Source: Takakia lepidozioides (lineage: Eukaryota; Plantae; Bryophyta). Taken from it: a stretch of DNA of 64,000 nucleotides. Each line of letters opens with the position of its first letter. Within the stretch, counting starts at the first letter, position 1. Under the pieces are notes generated by a model. That model did not search any database, was not told where the DNA came from, and saw nothing but the letters and a program-made list of their open reading frames with translations. Both the position numbers and the translations under genes were made by a program. Location of the stretch: positions 19,964,001-20,028,000 of the forward strand of contig CM060732.1 in NCBI GenBank assembly GCA_030704615.1. Direction: 5' to 3'. Positions 35,901-49,300 of the stretch are shown here, one piece after another.

Positions 35901-38900
35901 ATTGACGACTTTTGGCCTCCACTCCTTCTCTCCATCATGTGAAGTTGCTTTGGTTTTTGTTTTTAACACATCCTTAGTTACATGCTCATTCCCTGCAGGG
36001 GTCGGACCTACAGCAACATCCAAAAGCCCCGGTTCGCTTGCAGTTGTATCACTACTTGGACTATCAGGCCCACCCTCTCCTAGGCGCTTCAAAATGCGCA
36101 CCTTTTCACTGCTTTTCTGCCCATCAGAATCTGAAATGCAGGTGGCAGGGGAGGTAACGGCAGCCTGCTTATCAGGGGTAGGAAGGGAAAAGGTTTCAGG
36201 CACAAATAAGACATCTATGGCAGTTATACCTGGTGGTGCATTGCCAAGGATGCTAGACTTTCCCACTGTGGCAGTGCTATGCTGGCCTGGTCTCAGTGCA
36301 GCCGCCACTGCAGCTGCTGTCACAGCGTTGGAAGCACTAAACTGTTTAGCATGATTTCCAACTCTGTTGCTGCCACGGTCTCGACCCGAAGTTGTGCTGT
36401 CTTTGACCACCACCTTGTACACTCCATCCATCTCCCCAGAGTTGATAGCTTTCCTCCCAGGCTGATCCCTTGCAACAGGCCCCTCAACCAGATTGTCTCT
36501 ACCAAGACCCTTACTATTCAAAGGTGACCCTTCCTCTGTCTTCCATGGTGCTTCTGCAGTCTCACCTTTCAGCAGACCTAACCCTCTTCCCTCTTTACTC
36601 TCATCCCCATCAATTGGACCCTCCCCAGGATTAACACCCTTGTCAATCCCAACTTCAGTCTTTACTGTATCATTGGGAACACCCTCTAAAGGAGACGTTG
36701 CTTCACTATGCACTAGCCCTTGTAAGGGCTTGCCACCATTTGGTGATGCTGATGAGACCTCTTCCTCAAAAACTGGTTTTGAAAAATCCATAGGTTCATC
36801 ACTACTGGCAGCTGCTCCCCAGTCCCGATGGCTAGGGTGATGCCCACTCAAACCTCCACGGTGGCATTGCCGTTGATTTTCGCTCCCAGTACTACTCACT
36901 ACTGTAGAAACTCCTTGGCTGCTGTCACTGAGGTCATGAACCAAATTGGATCGCACACTGCTTGCATCATTGTGGCCCCTTCCTTCCTTGTGACCTCCTC
37001 CCTCCTTCATACTCAAATCTCTATTATAACTTCCTCCTTCCTGATACCCTTCTCCAACAGTATCATTGTGCTCTCGTGGATTGTTATTAGGAATGTGGCG
37101 ATGCCCTTGTCCCACTACTGCGTGAGGGTAGCGGCCAAAAGCCTCAAAAGGGGGTCCTTGATGGTGGGGATAGCCACCATAAATGCCTTGGGGACCCATT
37201 CCCAGCATCATCTCACGTTCCTCCATATTCCCGTACCCTGGGGGCCCATAGAAACCATCATAAGCAACAGGCCCGGGAAACATGCCAGGGCGCAGAGGAG
37301 CAGCTGGCCGTAGCAAAGGCCCTGCATTGCCATATATGTCACTGTGTCTACCATAGCCACCTGGCCCTGGTCCTCCTTGTCCATATGGGGCAGGCCCAAA
37401 GCGTGGTTGATGCATAAACCCAGCCCCATCATGGGGAAAGCGACCTGGCCCTTGGTGGGGACCAAATGGTCCTATCAGCGGGGCTCCACCCCTACGCCAA
37501 TTATCATCCAAGGAACTGCCAGAATGAGCAGTATCTCGGCGCCAAGTCTCAGGCGGGGGCCCTTGTCCCCCATATGATGGAATGGGAGGAGGCCCATCTC
37601 TGAGCCATGTCGTATCAGACATTGCTGGTGGCCCTGCAAATGGACCGACATCCCTCCGCCAAGCATCTCTCTCCTGACCTCCATAGCCAGCTGCAGGTCT
37701 TTGTGACACATCATCTGCAATCCCAATAAATTGAAGAGGACAGTGTGATTCATGAACTGGTATTCAAACCTGCAAAACACCAAACAAAGTCGAACTTAAG
37801 GAAATATGACCAACTTACCAGAAGGGCCTGGGGGAGTAGGGGGTGGCCTCTCCTCTGCAGCTGGCACTTTCTCTTCCACTGATCCCGGTCGCTCTTGGAC
37901 AGAATTACCTGCATAAGTTCAAATGTTGCTCAGACCAGTCTATCATCAATTGCTAGTGCAAATCGGGAAATTAAGAAAAAACAGAAAAATACAACAGGAG
38001 AACTAGGGAGAGGTGAAGAGCTGCCAAGACGGATTCCAGGACACTATTCAGCTAGTTGCTATTGTTGCAGGTACAAGCAATATGATTAGAAGCTGGAAAC
38101 CTAAATCCGAGTAGGACACATACAGGACCACAAGGAGCGGATGCATGCATACATACTGTGCTGTGGGCGAAGGTCAGGGTTTTTCTCTGAGCCAAGTGTT
38201 GGAAAATCCACCCGCATCAATGTAAAGCGGGATGCCTGATGGGGCTCTTCTGCCTGCACCCAGAAATGCATCCACAACCACTTTCAGTTTGTACAACATC
38301 ATCTCCACTTTGTCTTGACATGTGCACCCCCTGATCCTTGGGAGCATCCCAAACCACCAAGCCACATTTTCCTGCTGTCAGAGAAGAGAGGAGTCACACA
38401 CTGACAACATTTTGAGACAGTCCAATACAGAGGACGAGACATGCTATTCAAGAAGCATACCAATCTTCGGGCAGCGGCAGCACCTCCCCATGCTGGAGCA
38501 GAGGGCGGAACAGGGGATGTGGAGGGATCTGCAAATCGAGTGAGAGAGGCAGCAGGCCGTGAAGTGTCAGCACTGCGAGGCCGGGTGAGTGATGCTGGAG
38601 GCTGTTGTGCTTGGCCCAATGCACCTGATGCGGACGAAGGGCGAGTGCCCCAGGCAGTGCTACTGTTGTTATTAGTAGAAGATGGGTCAGGGTGTTGCTG
38701 CACTGGCCCAATGCTGCCTGCCGATGAGGGGCGGGTGCCACTACCAGCTGATGAAGGACGTGACACATTTCCCAGGCCCGCCCACGCTCCACCACCACTG
38801 CTGCTGCCTGGTGTTGCTGCAGCCGCCTTACTTCCCCAGGCACCGCTACTCACAGGCGGAGATGATGCTGGTGTTGCATTGCCCCATGCAGTGTTACTAC

Positions 38901-40218
38901 TTGGTGGGGACCTTCCCGCAGATCCCCAAGTCACACTACCTCTGCACCCTCGACCCATGGAGATGTGTTATCAGCATTTGCAGGATACACCATAAACAAG
39001 TTCACTTAAGACTCACAAATATGCTTTTGACGGCCTCAAAATCCATTGTGTTATCAGAGTGCCAAGAGGATCTGGATACTTCATATCCAATCCGTTTGTA
39101 GATTCATTTCACATGGTTTTAACTTGCTGATATACAAATAGATAGCGCCTTTCAGCCCTTTCTCCACCTGGCAGCAGGCTTTGTTTGTTGCTCTTGTGAC
39201 AGAATCATGACAACAACCTGCAGTATTTTCTTCCCAGCTAATAGACATGGGGAGAGCCAATTGGGAGTGAAAGCTATACAGTACTGGAGGATACTGCATA
39301 CTTGGTATCAAACATTGCTAATGACTGCACACTTAGGCTGTACATAACAACATAAAGCACGGGGCCCAGAGCCACACAGCAATTACTCCAGATGTAGAGC
39401 CTGCCTGTATTTCAACATTCTGCACATAGTGCTCCTGCCTATCCAACCTCCACGTCAACTCAAGCAGAAACAGTCAACCTGAACACCTTGGAAGAAAAGG
39501 AAAATAAGGAGATCAACCTGGGAACAATTTCCACATTAGGATCCAGCCCACGATTCTCCAACCTGGGCAAAACAATGATGTGCATGCATCAGCCTCATGA
39601 GATTATGATCTCTTTTGAAAGACACTGCATCGCCAGTCAATCACTAGTCCAGAGCTTCCTTCAAATACATTTCCATAATACTTGCTGCCACGGAGCAGTA
39701 ACATCTCCAAATAAGCTAGAGATGACTGAACATAATGAGAATATTACCGTTGACTGGGCAGATTTATGGGCTTGGGTACAGCCGGTATTTTTCCCAGCAC
39801 AGTCATACCCCTTCGTGCTGACACCCCCCTGCACCCAGCCATGCAATGCATCGCTCACTCTCTTTCCTCCTGCATGGCCATGTAAGAAGGTGGAAGAGAA
39901 AAGCGTCCCTACTTTATCAGCCTGCAAGAGGGGCAAAGCAGGCATACAGAGAATAACAAGGACTAAGGAGAAGTGCCGTCAGATTGTAAAACCCTCAAAC
40001 AGGAGGTTCAAACTGAGGGTAGGAAAGGTGCGCACAAGTGCGCGAAAGTATGGCATTCACGTCAAACTACAAGATAGAGAAGTGAAGACAGCAAGAATGC
40101 AACACTGGCATCAGCAGCCACCAAAAGTAAACTGGAGAGAGATAGGTCCATGAAAAGCAGGATGGTAGAGAAAAATGGAAGGCTGCTCCTGCACATACCT
40201 TCTCTCGCCAGTCAACAT
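32915..40218 (-). CDS. MOS1: MODIFIER OF SNC1 1-like BAT2-N domain protein, copy 1 (8 coding exons, ~1788 aa)
   Basis: Exons 40218-40199, 39828-39748, 39562-39518, 38941-38461, 38253-38157, 37908-37819, 37714-35736 and 35488-32915; all introns are GT-AG and the join is in frame (5367 nt). Motifs MLTGERR, GMTVLGK...PKPINLPSQRLENRGLDPNVEIVP, RPSSASG, RPRSADT, DFPTLGSEK and DYEAQRARMKEMAAQRA...KLEELNRR match plant MOS1. Confidence 0.9.
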
Positions 40219-43200
40219 TGTTCAAGCTCGTCGTACACCAAGCAAGAAGAGGACTGCCTACCCTGGCTATTCTGGATGGAAGAAGACCTGCAACCACCAT
40301 ACCTAAACCATCATCTCTTGAATGAAGGTCTTTCTCCTTTCGAACCCCACCGCCCAAAAAAGCCCACTTCCAGCAGATACCCTATTATCTATCCCCCTTC
40401 TGTCCCTCCCTCAATCCATACACATGTATGCACACAAAAACAGCAGTCATAAATGGATACACCCACATGTCCCTTACAAAGGGATCCCCATGAATCTCAG
40501 TGCACAATGGAAAATGAAAAAAATGACCATTGCAGAGGCAGCAATTATAAAACTGAAAAAGTGAAGTTATCTCAGACCAACCCAAAGTTTCTGCACAACC
40601 TCAAAGTTGATTGAGCAACACTTCTTTCCATTCAAGTCAAAGATATCACTTTCACATTCAAGGTACAATAGCTTTGATGGCCTGCTTGGAGAATGTTTAT
40701 TGCAATTCGAAAATGGGAGACAATCACCATATCCCTAACTTTGACATAACTTTAACAGAGGGAACCAAAAAAACAATGTTAAGGGACCCTTTAACTCTCC
40801 CATTGGAGTAAACCATGTATAGTTGGCCAGAGAAAATGGTGGATGTAACGAATATCTAGATGGATGCCTGTCTTACAAAGACGCTGGAATTCTCAACCTA
40901 GAGCAGAAGAGAAACTTCCACAGGTCCAGAAAAAGAAAACCATCTATGACCAGTCTCTTGATACAGAGTGTGGTGCTGGATAAAGTCAGTGTGCGAGGGG
41001 TGACCTAGAGGAAAACCTGAGCAGGAGGATGAGACAGTATCAAGTTATTGCTGGAAAAATTAGAGCCCACAGACTTCAAAGGAAAAACAGAACGGCTGCA
41101 TCAAATATGCAACCGGTGGTAAAAAAAGACAACAATGAACAACTCCGCCGAAATGGGTCCATAACAGGATGTGGACGACCTTTGACGAACTATATCATAT
41201 CTGCTATTTCTAAAACCCTAACAGGATGTAGAGGACTTGTTGCTAGTATGACTATATCTGCAAAAGTTCTTACCCTAACGCTCATCCATATCTCGAATAC
41301 CGCCACGCTTGAAACCAAAGAGGAGGGAGAAAAGAAAAATACATCTGATTCGTAAATGTCCTAAATACAACGAGCACCTAGTAAGAGGTGGCAATCCGAC
41401 AAGGACAAGAGAGACCACAAGGGGAGAATGCGGGGGTAGAAGACGAACAGCGGGGACGACCTACAATGGAAAGTGAACCAATGAGGAAGCAGAAGGACAA
41501 AAAGAAGGGAGGGAAGACCGATCCGGAGAGTGGCCTGCGGTGAATATGCACATCCTGTGATTGAAATAGAAACCAGAAACAAGTGATCTATCTCCCCGAA
41601 TAGTCCACGTTCGACACATGTCTTTTGTTCCTCCATGCTACTGCTTAACACAAATCTCATCGGCTCTCCCTTTGATTATCTTATAATTATATTCTTCCTT
41701 CCAGCCCTGCGAACATACTCCGCCTCCTCTAACCGACTCATTATCCCCCATCCCTTGCCTCTTTCAAGGCCTCAAACATCCGGTGTAAGGCACAACATCA
41801 CGTACCTAACTGCATTAAAAAGCAGTTCTGGAGGTTACGAGACACGGGAGAGGCCGACACTCCGAGCAGCAACTCGACTACGCTCCTGAGACCACAGAGA
41901 GCAGGGTTCCTACTTTACAAAATACAAAGATTTGAGAGGAGAACGTGTGGGAGAGAGCTATCTGGAGAGAAGTGGGTGGAAGGTGGAGAGAGATAGCGGG
42001 GGAAAATATTGTACGAGCTTGTGTGCATCATGGTAACGAGGTGCCTGCTCCGGGCAGCACACTTTCTTTTGCTGCCCGACCGGCGGTCCTCTCACACATT
42101 TTCTATACCGACCATCGGTACAGAAATATTAATATTTTCTCACTGTCACGGTTTCTAGTTTCTACTTACTTGTGTCATCCACAAAGAAAAGAAAGGAAAA
42201 AAAATAAAAATAAAAGATCATGGGAATCTAGTCCCGGCCTGCCGAACTGGAAATACATGTCATAATAACTATATATTAGTGAGGTTATTTTTTCCTCATG
42301 TATTCCCCTGGGCATTTTGTCCCCTCTGATATAAAGTTTCCGAGGCCTCCGTCCCTCTTGCTATAAAAATAAATAAATAAAAATAAAACTATATAAAATA
42401 ATTTGGTCTAAGTTGCCCACAAGTTTTCTCAGAGCAAAAGTTTAGTGCCCGAGATCGCTGCCCAGCCTTGATTGATTCAATCTTCCGTGGCCGACTACTG
42501 ACTCCACTCTGCAAACACCTCAGACTTCATTTCACGGCCAGGGGCCACCTAAAAACCTAGCGGGAAAACAATAGTGTATTTTTGGGGGACCTTCCCCCAT
42601 ACCTCTGATGCCATTCCGCCCATGGGCTTGGCAGTAGGCAAGTATCTTGCCAGATACTTTTACCAATCAAAGATGCAGTTCAAATGGACCGCATCAAAAT
42701 CCCATTACATAGTGATATATATATATATAGTGTGTAGTGCACATTGTGCACACCATGCACCCACAAACCATGCAAGTTAAAAAATCGGTAAAATCAGCAA
42801 CTCACATCTACCGTGGTTAGAGAATCCAGCCCTGGGACAACCGCTGGGCTACTGAATCTCGATTCATGTACAAGTGCTGGCCGCAAGACTTCACTCAATG
42901 AAAACATCTCATGTCTAGTACAACTACTCTGCTGTAACCCTCTAGCTACCACACTCTGCAGGGCATAATGATGTGCAGCTCTAGAGCATTGTTTCATTCT
43001 GACAACATACTTGCAATTGATGATCTAATTGGCAACATTTCTCTGGGTTAAACTAACCAATCGGAATACAAGGGCTTTTGTTGTGAGCTGCATTTTGGCA
43101 GAGGAAACTGCCTCAGAACTTTGATTGCCTTTGAGCAAGCAACTTAAGGGCCTGCCATAATATAACAAGAGAGCAGCAGTTTCTACCAGACCTGAGACTG

Positions 43201-46000
43201 TCTTCCCCACTCCATGACCAGTGCGGTTACTTAATCTGTGACTAGCACCGCTTCAGGTATATCACACCCTCGGCGCTATTAAACAGAAGCCACCCATCAT
43301 CTCTAAATAAATGAATAGAGGACGAAATGACATCAATACCATCTGCATGGGCTTAGCCTTTTGTGTGATTGTCATAAACAGACTAGCAAAAGAAATAGAG
43401 CAAACTGGGAATGCATTGTGAATATCTGTGCAGCCCAAGTGATTTTGCACACCACTATCCAAGCTCACACGGAGAGCTGAAGACCATGAAGCTACCCCTG
43501 ACTCTACAGAAGTGCTCACCACAACTTTAAAACTCTGTCATGTCCTCTTTCCTATGTTAAAAAGCTGGGGAAGTTGATGAATGGCAAGACCAACCTTTGA
43601 AAAGTTGGCAACCCCTACACCTCCAATCAATGCTACCTCACAAGCCACCATGCCTGTGTTTTCCTTTCACAATCTACAAGGTTCTTTACTACAACACATG
43701 AAGATAAAACAAAATGAATGATAGGCTATCTCAAATTTGTTGATGAGACACAACTCTGTAATACTGTAGCTTGCAAAACAATCAATGCAAGCAAGAAGTA
43801 AAATGTCCACAATGTAATGATCGCTTCCACTCACCTGCCTCTATGCAAATCATGCACTGTACTCCATAGGATTAATAGTGGCTCACAGCATGGTGCACAA
43901 ATGCGCAGGGATGCGAGATCTGCTGTTGCCAAATTAGATGACCCATCCCAGATGCAGCAGCTTGTACTTATTTTCAATTGGCTGCCAACTAGACTGTTGG
44001 AGCTTGTCACACTGAATAAAAGCTGATACTCAACTGAATCTTCAAGAGGCAAGGTGTAATCAGCATTGACAGTTGACCATCTGTCAGAAAGCATGTTTAT
44101 GAACCATGCAACCCAGGCTTAAATTGAAACAGTAGTGTGAGATCTACAGCGACACAGGACCGTTTTCCTAAATAACTCTCTGAGTTGTGAGAGGCACTTG
44201 AAAATATTTCCAATAGATCTTGCATGTCATCAAACAGTGTGGAGGAACAACGCGACTGTACCACTTGTACAGAGAAAGAGAAAGGGAGTACCGGGGAGGG
44301 CCAGGTGTTCAATCACATGACAGAGGGAGTGCAGGCACGTGGTTGTGACCACTGCTGGTGAGGCTGCCTGCCCTCGTCAAATCCTGTGGCATCTATTTGC
44401 AGCAAATACGTCCAAAGTCTGCCCACTTTTGCAGTGCTCTTCTTCATCACATCAGTCTCAACCCGAAAGCACCAACCACCCAAAAACCAGGTCTCTAAAC
44501 TCCAGAATACTATTCTAATGTGCACTTACAACGGTCTAAAGTAAGAGCAACAGTTCCAATCCTGCACCCTCAGAAGTGTTTCTAACCCTTGTTATTAATA
44601 ATGGTCCATTAAAATGAGGATTGATGCCCAACAATGAGATGCAATTGAAACATGACAGGGCCATCAGCATAGTACAAGCCAAGCAGTTTGTTCTGGCTTC
44701 TCCACGGAAACAAACTCATACAAGCTCTGGTTCATGCTTATGGGCATCACATTCATACATAGTGGCCTCATGCCTCCCCAACCCTGTGATGGTTTGGCCC
44801 TCAGCAACTCTACATGAATTGTTAAACATTCAACGGTCCACTGTGTTATGCTGGCTGAACCAACTTGCTACACCCAGCATTCACTGTTTCACTGAGTACT
44901 GTTTTTCCTTCCCTTCCAAATTAGTTACTTGTATGGAGGGCACTGATCACTTATCACAGCTCCATTGATAAAGGAAGAGTGCAACGAGCTCCAAGAGATC
45001 AGTTTACTGCTTAGCAAAATCAAACCAACAGGGTTAATTTCGTGAAGCAGGAGCTAAGGTATAGAACACCTTGTTACAGAATGATAGGGCTTGCAAATTT
45101 GCTGTAGCTGAGTGCCAGACTACTTTCCCAAAGGCTGCTGCAACAATTTAATGTGCTCAAGTCAAGTTTATCTAACCTTCAACAAAAAGCGTATTACGTT
45201 CTCACTGCAGACATCTGTATGTGAACGCTACGGAATTCAATACTGATGCCGACTCCACATGCTGCTATCCACATCCAAGCTTCCACCACCGTCTTCTGCC
45301 AAAGCAAATTGGAATTTTGGCAAAATACTTGAAAACAAGAACAAACTTGCAAAGGTATACAAAACTTTAAATTCACTCATACATTGAAGGAACAACACAC
45401 CAGGAACAGAGGTGGAAGTACAGGGACCGTATGGAGTCACATGACAGTTGATGGCCCATCCACTATCAAGATTCTCCAGCTTACTCTCATAGCCCTGTAG
45501 TCTTCTAATCCAACACATGCACAAGCTCCACACTATGCCTCCTACAAACACAAGGTGCTATAAACATGCAATTACTTCTTTGTCCTGTTCATGCCTTCTA
45601 GTTTTCTTTCTTCCGATGGGAAGGCCCAGATTAACAAATCCTTTTCCAGTACCCAACTAGCAAAAGTAAATCACCTTTTAAGTACATTTGTAGAGTTGCC
45701 TTAGGGTACATAAGGTGTTCTATCCGGATTGCTGGAAAAACCTGGAGTCTGACTTCAGTTAGTGGCTGCATGCAGTGAAAATTAAGCTTGCCTTCAATGT
45801 AGGCTCACATGTGGCCAGCAGCAGAACAGCTCTGCTTCCTCAGTTGGAGAATGCTCCCTGATTTCCTCCCCATGGCAATGTCCAAATTAAGCTCTTGGCC
45901 CATAGAGTTACAAGACAAGAACCAGATGATGGACCCTACAGCCCTAAGACAGAACATGTGCAAGATAGGCATTGATGCAGAGCTCTCACATTCCACCAGT

Positions 46001-46175
46001 GACATCTGACAACCTACTACCAAAGGTCAGGCTTCTGAGAAGCCACTTCCTAGGTGAAGTGGTCTCAGAAGAACATGAAGTAAAAACTGGGAAACAGACA
46101 TCTGACAACCTACTACCAAAGCTCAGGCTCATGAGAAGCCACTTCCTGGGTAAAATGGTCTCAAAAGAACATGAA
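46001..46175. repeat. Two-copy 96-bp-period tandem repeat downstream of MOS1 copy 2
   Basis: GACATCTGACAACCTACTACCAAAG... at 46001 and 46097. Confidence 0.85.
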
Positions 46176-46356
46176 TGCCACTCAACCGACATCATTCCTC
46201 CTTTCATGAACATCCTAGGTCTCTCCCAGAGCTGGACACTAAGCATGGTTAATGGACACAACTATTGCTGGACAAGGCTTTTCATGAACAGCCAAAGCCG
46301 TCAAGTTCCCTCAAGTGAACGAATTAAGCAGGCATAAGTGATAACACTGACCTAGC

Positions 46357-49300
46357 CTAGCCTCCAACTTGACTGGGTACCGCCCCTCCAGTCGCGTCAA
46401 TCACCTGGCGTTGCTTGGATATAAGGGGTTCTCGTCGGTGGTCCATCTCGACATTCCGAGCACCAGAGCGGCTGCTGACGCGGCCACAGCGTGCATGGGG
46501 ATCCCTGCCCCGCACCAATGGTGGACTTGTGCCATGCTCTCCAACCCGGAGAGTCTCTGCTTTCGGGCCTGTTGTAGGCAGGGCAGCTGTATGTTCGATT
46601 GAAGTCTTGTTCTGTTGTTGCCCTTGGCATAACTTCGGTACATCATGCATGAGTTGCTTCGGCATATCAAGCCTCACATACTGGGATGGGACCGGCTGTT
46701 CCCTTTCTGTAGGACATGGCCGGGTTGTATGCTGCCAGTGCTGCCCTTGCTCGTGGGGCTGCTGTGGTGCTGTAGGAGGCTTAGCTGCCTGCTCTCGACT
46801 GTACCGTCTACGGTGAGTGCTGTGATCTCCACCATTGGGTGACTCTTGAGAAACAGACCTGGATTGCTGCTGCTGCTCTCTATCATGCAAGGCTGGCTGC
46901 CCCCAAGGCTTACTAGATGCGCTAGGGAGGGTTTTTGGTTGCAGATGTGGACCTGCAAACACCTGCTGACTAGGCACCTGATGCTCTCTGTCACTGTTTT
47001 GTTGCTTAGCATGATGAGCATTACTGGACCTTGGATGATGCTGGGGCCGGGCATTGTCAGAGGAAAGTGGTCTATTCAATTGGGCCCCAGCAGAGCGAGG
47101 ATGAGGTGGCACCACCCGCTGCTCATGCCCCTTGCTCTCTGCGCTTGATCGCCGTTGTCTGGGATGACCAGGGGCAGACACTGCCCTGGGTGGCTGGAAT
47201 GGCATCTGTGGTGTTTGCTGTTCCCTCTCTGACCGCTGCACTGGAGTGGAAGTAGAAGGGGCAGGCTGGGCTGGTGTAAGAACCTGATCAGAAGGTGGCT
47301 GGTTGAGGCTGGGAGGAAGCTGCAGATTCCCAGACCCTTGCTCTGAGTGTTTCCGCTGATAGGCAGCTTCAACCTGGGAGAATGGACTTGGATGCTGAGC
47401 AGGGATCCCCTCTTTCCCTCCATCCCTTCCTTGCTCACTGTTCCCTGATACTCTTTGACGCCATGAACCATAGACACACCCAGCCTTACTGAAAGTCTCA
47501 GGCTGCTTGGCTTCATTATTTGACTTCAGCTCTGTTGCAGCTACAGAAGGTTGGGAGTCTCCTGAAGCCACAGTGAGCGGGGAGTGCTTCGAGTTTTCCA
47601 AGGGTTGTGGCCTTTCAGGTGTGACCCCTGGCTGTTGAAGAGATGTCTCCTGATGCTGTTTTATGACTGGCTTAGGACTATAACGCTCGAATTCTGCACG
47701 TCTTAAGCGCCCTCGATGCTGTTCGCTGGCATCTTCCTTCTGCTTGCCTGTCTGACTCTCAGAATCTCCCAACTTGATGCTCCCTGCCACCACGGAGGAA
47801 CGGACTGGAGCCCACACCTTACTGTCATTGGCATGTGGCTTATCCATAATGCGCACATCCTGTGATCCCCGATCCAACCTGACTGGGCGTCTTACTCCCT
47901 GGGGCTTGCGGGGTAGCCTTTTATTGACAACATCTCCATTCTCTCTGACTGTCTCTTCATCTCCTGTCAAAACACTTGCGTCCTGACGAGGAAATGGGTC
48001 TTTGCCTACCTCCTCTGGACTCGCACCAACAACATTCAGATGAGTATGGGCTGTGTCAGCAGGCAGGTCACTTCCTGATGACCCTACCCTTGACTCCACA
48101 ATCACTGCTGCATCTACAGCAATTGCTGGTCCTTCTTGCTTCTGCCTATTCCTGCTATTGCGATTATTTTTCTTCTTGCGATTTGCTGATGCAGCTTCAA
48201 TGCTCCCTGTGGTTGGAAGAATTGCATCTGCCCGATCAAAGTCCTGTGATGCAGGAGGCAGAGTTCCCCAACCACCATTCTCTCGAGGTGTGGAAATATC
48301 TACAGGCAGGGCAGGCATAGTTTGATCAATATCATCAGGCCTCAGCACAGGCTGCTTCTGCTGTGCCCTAGCCCTCTGCCGAGAGTGCTGGGCTTTAGGC
48401 TGCTGTCCTAGTGGCTCTTGTGCCGAGATTGGCGAGGGAAGTAGAGGTGTTTCCAGTAAATGTGGTGAAGGAAGAAGTGGGGGAGTCTGGCTAGCAGCAC
48501 CACTCAACCTTCCTTTTGGTGTATCCCCTGTACTCTGTTTGCGACCATTATATTTTCGCTCCCGCTCGCGTTTTCCATGTTCATTTCGAATGCTGCGCCG
48601 ACTACCACTACTGCCAATCTCCATGACTGGCTGTGTCTCCACTGGCACAGCCACAGTGTCAGAGGCAACTTCCACCGAATCCTCCAAGGGCATTGGTATC
48701 TCCACAGCTGCTTCTTCAGTAGGTGCTGGCTGTGGGACTGTGGTGCGTCGATTCAGTTCCTCCAGCTTTGCCTTAGCCTTTTCTTTTTGCTCTTTGATTC
48801 TCTCCTCCTCCTCCTTTTGCAACTGCTTTGTTCGCTGTGCTGCAATCTCCTTCATTTTTGCCCTCTGTAAAAAGTGTGTTCAGACAATTCAAGCATCATG
48901 AAACCGCCTCCTTCCAAGCTATGAACAGACGTACAAAGACCAGGGCTCTCACCTGTACTCACCAAAATACCATGGTGGCAGCAAGTTGACTCAACGACCA
49001 TCCCAGAGCAAAGTTGACATACCACTTGCCAATAGGTCTGCCAAGTGCAAACAGTTGAGCAGATAGAGCTGGAGAAGAGATGGTAATCAAGAGGCCCAGA
49101 TTGACTAAGCTTAAGTACCTGAGCTTCATAATCATATGAATCAGCTGCCGGGGCAATCTCAGGTTCAGATCCAGCTGTCTCTGGATGACCTGCAACTGCT
49201 GGAGCAGGTGAGGCAGCTGATTTCAGCACTTGTGGTATTGCGGAAGACGACAAGGGTCGAGAACTTGAGTCTGATCCACCACCTTTCGGCCTCCACTCCT

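Noticed and set aside
32927-38995. Many long + strand ORFs opposite MOS1 (likewise opposite copy 2, the transposase and HTH)
   Set aside because: They are antisense shadows of GC-rich coding exons with no independent motifs.
42300-45000. Possible extra gene between the MOS1 copies
   Set aside because: Only short ORFs with no recognisable domains or consistent exon chain.
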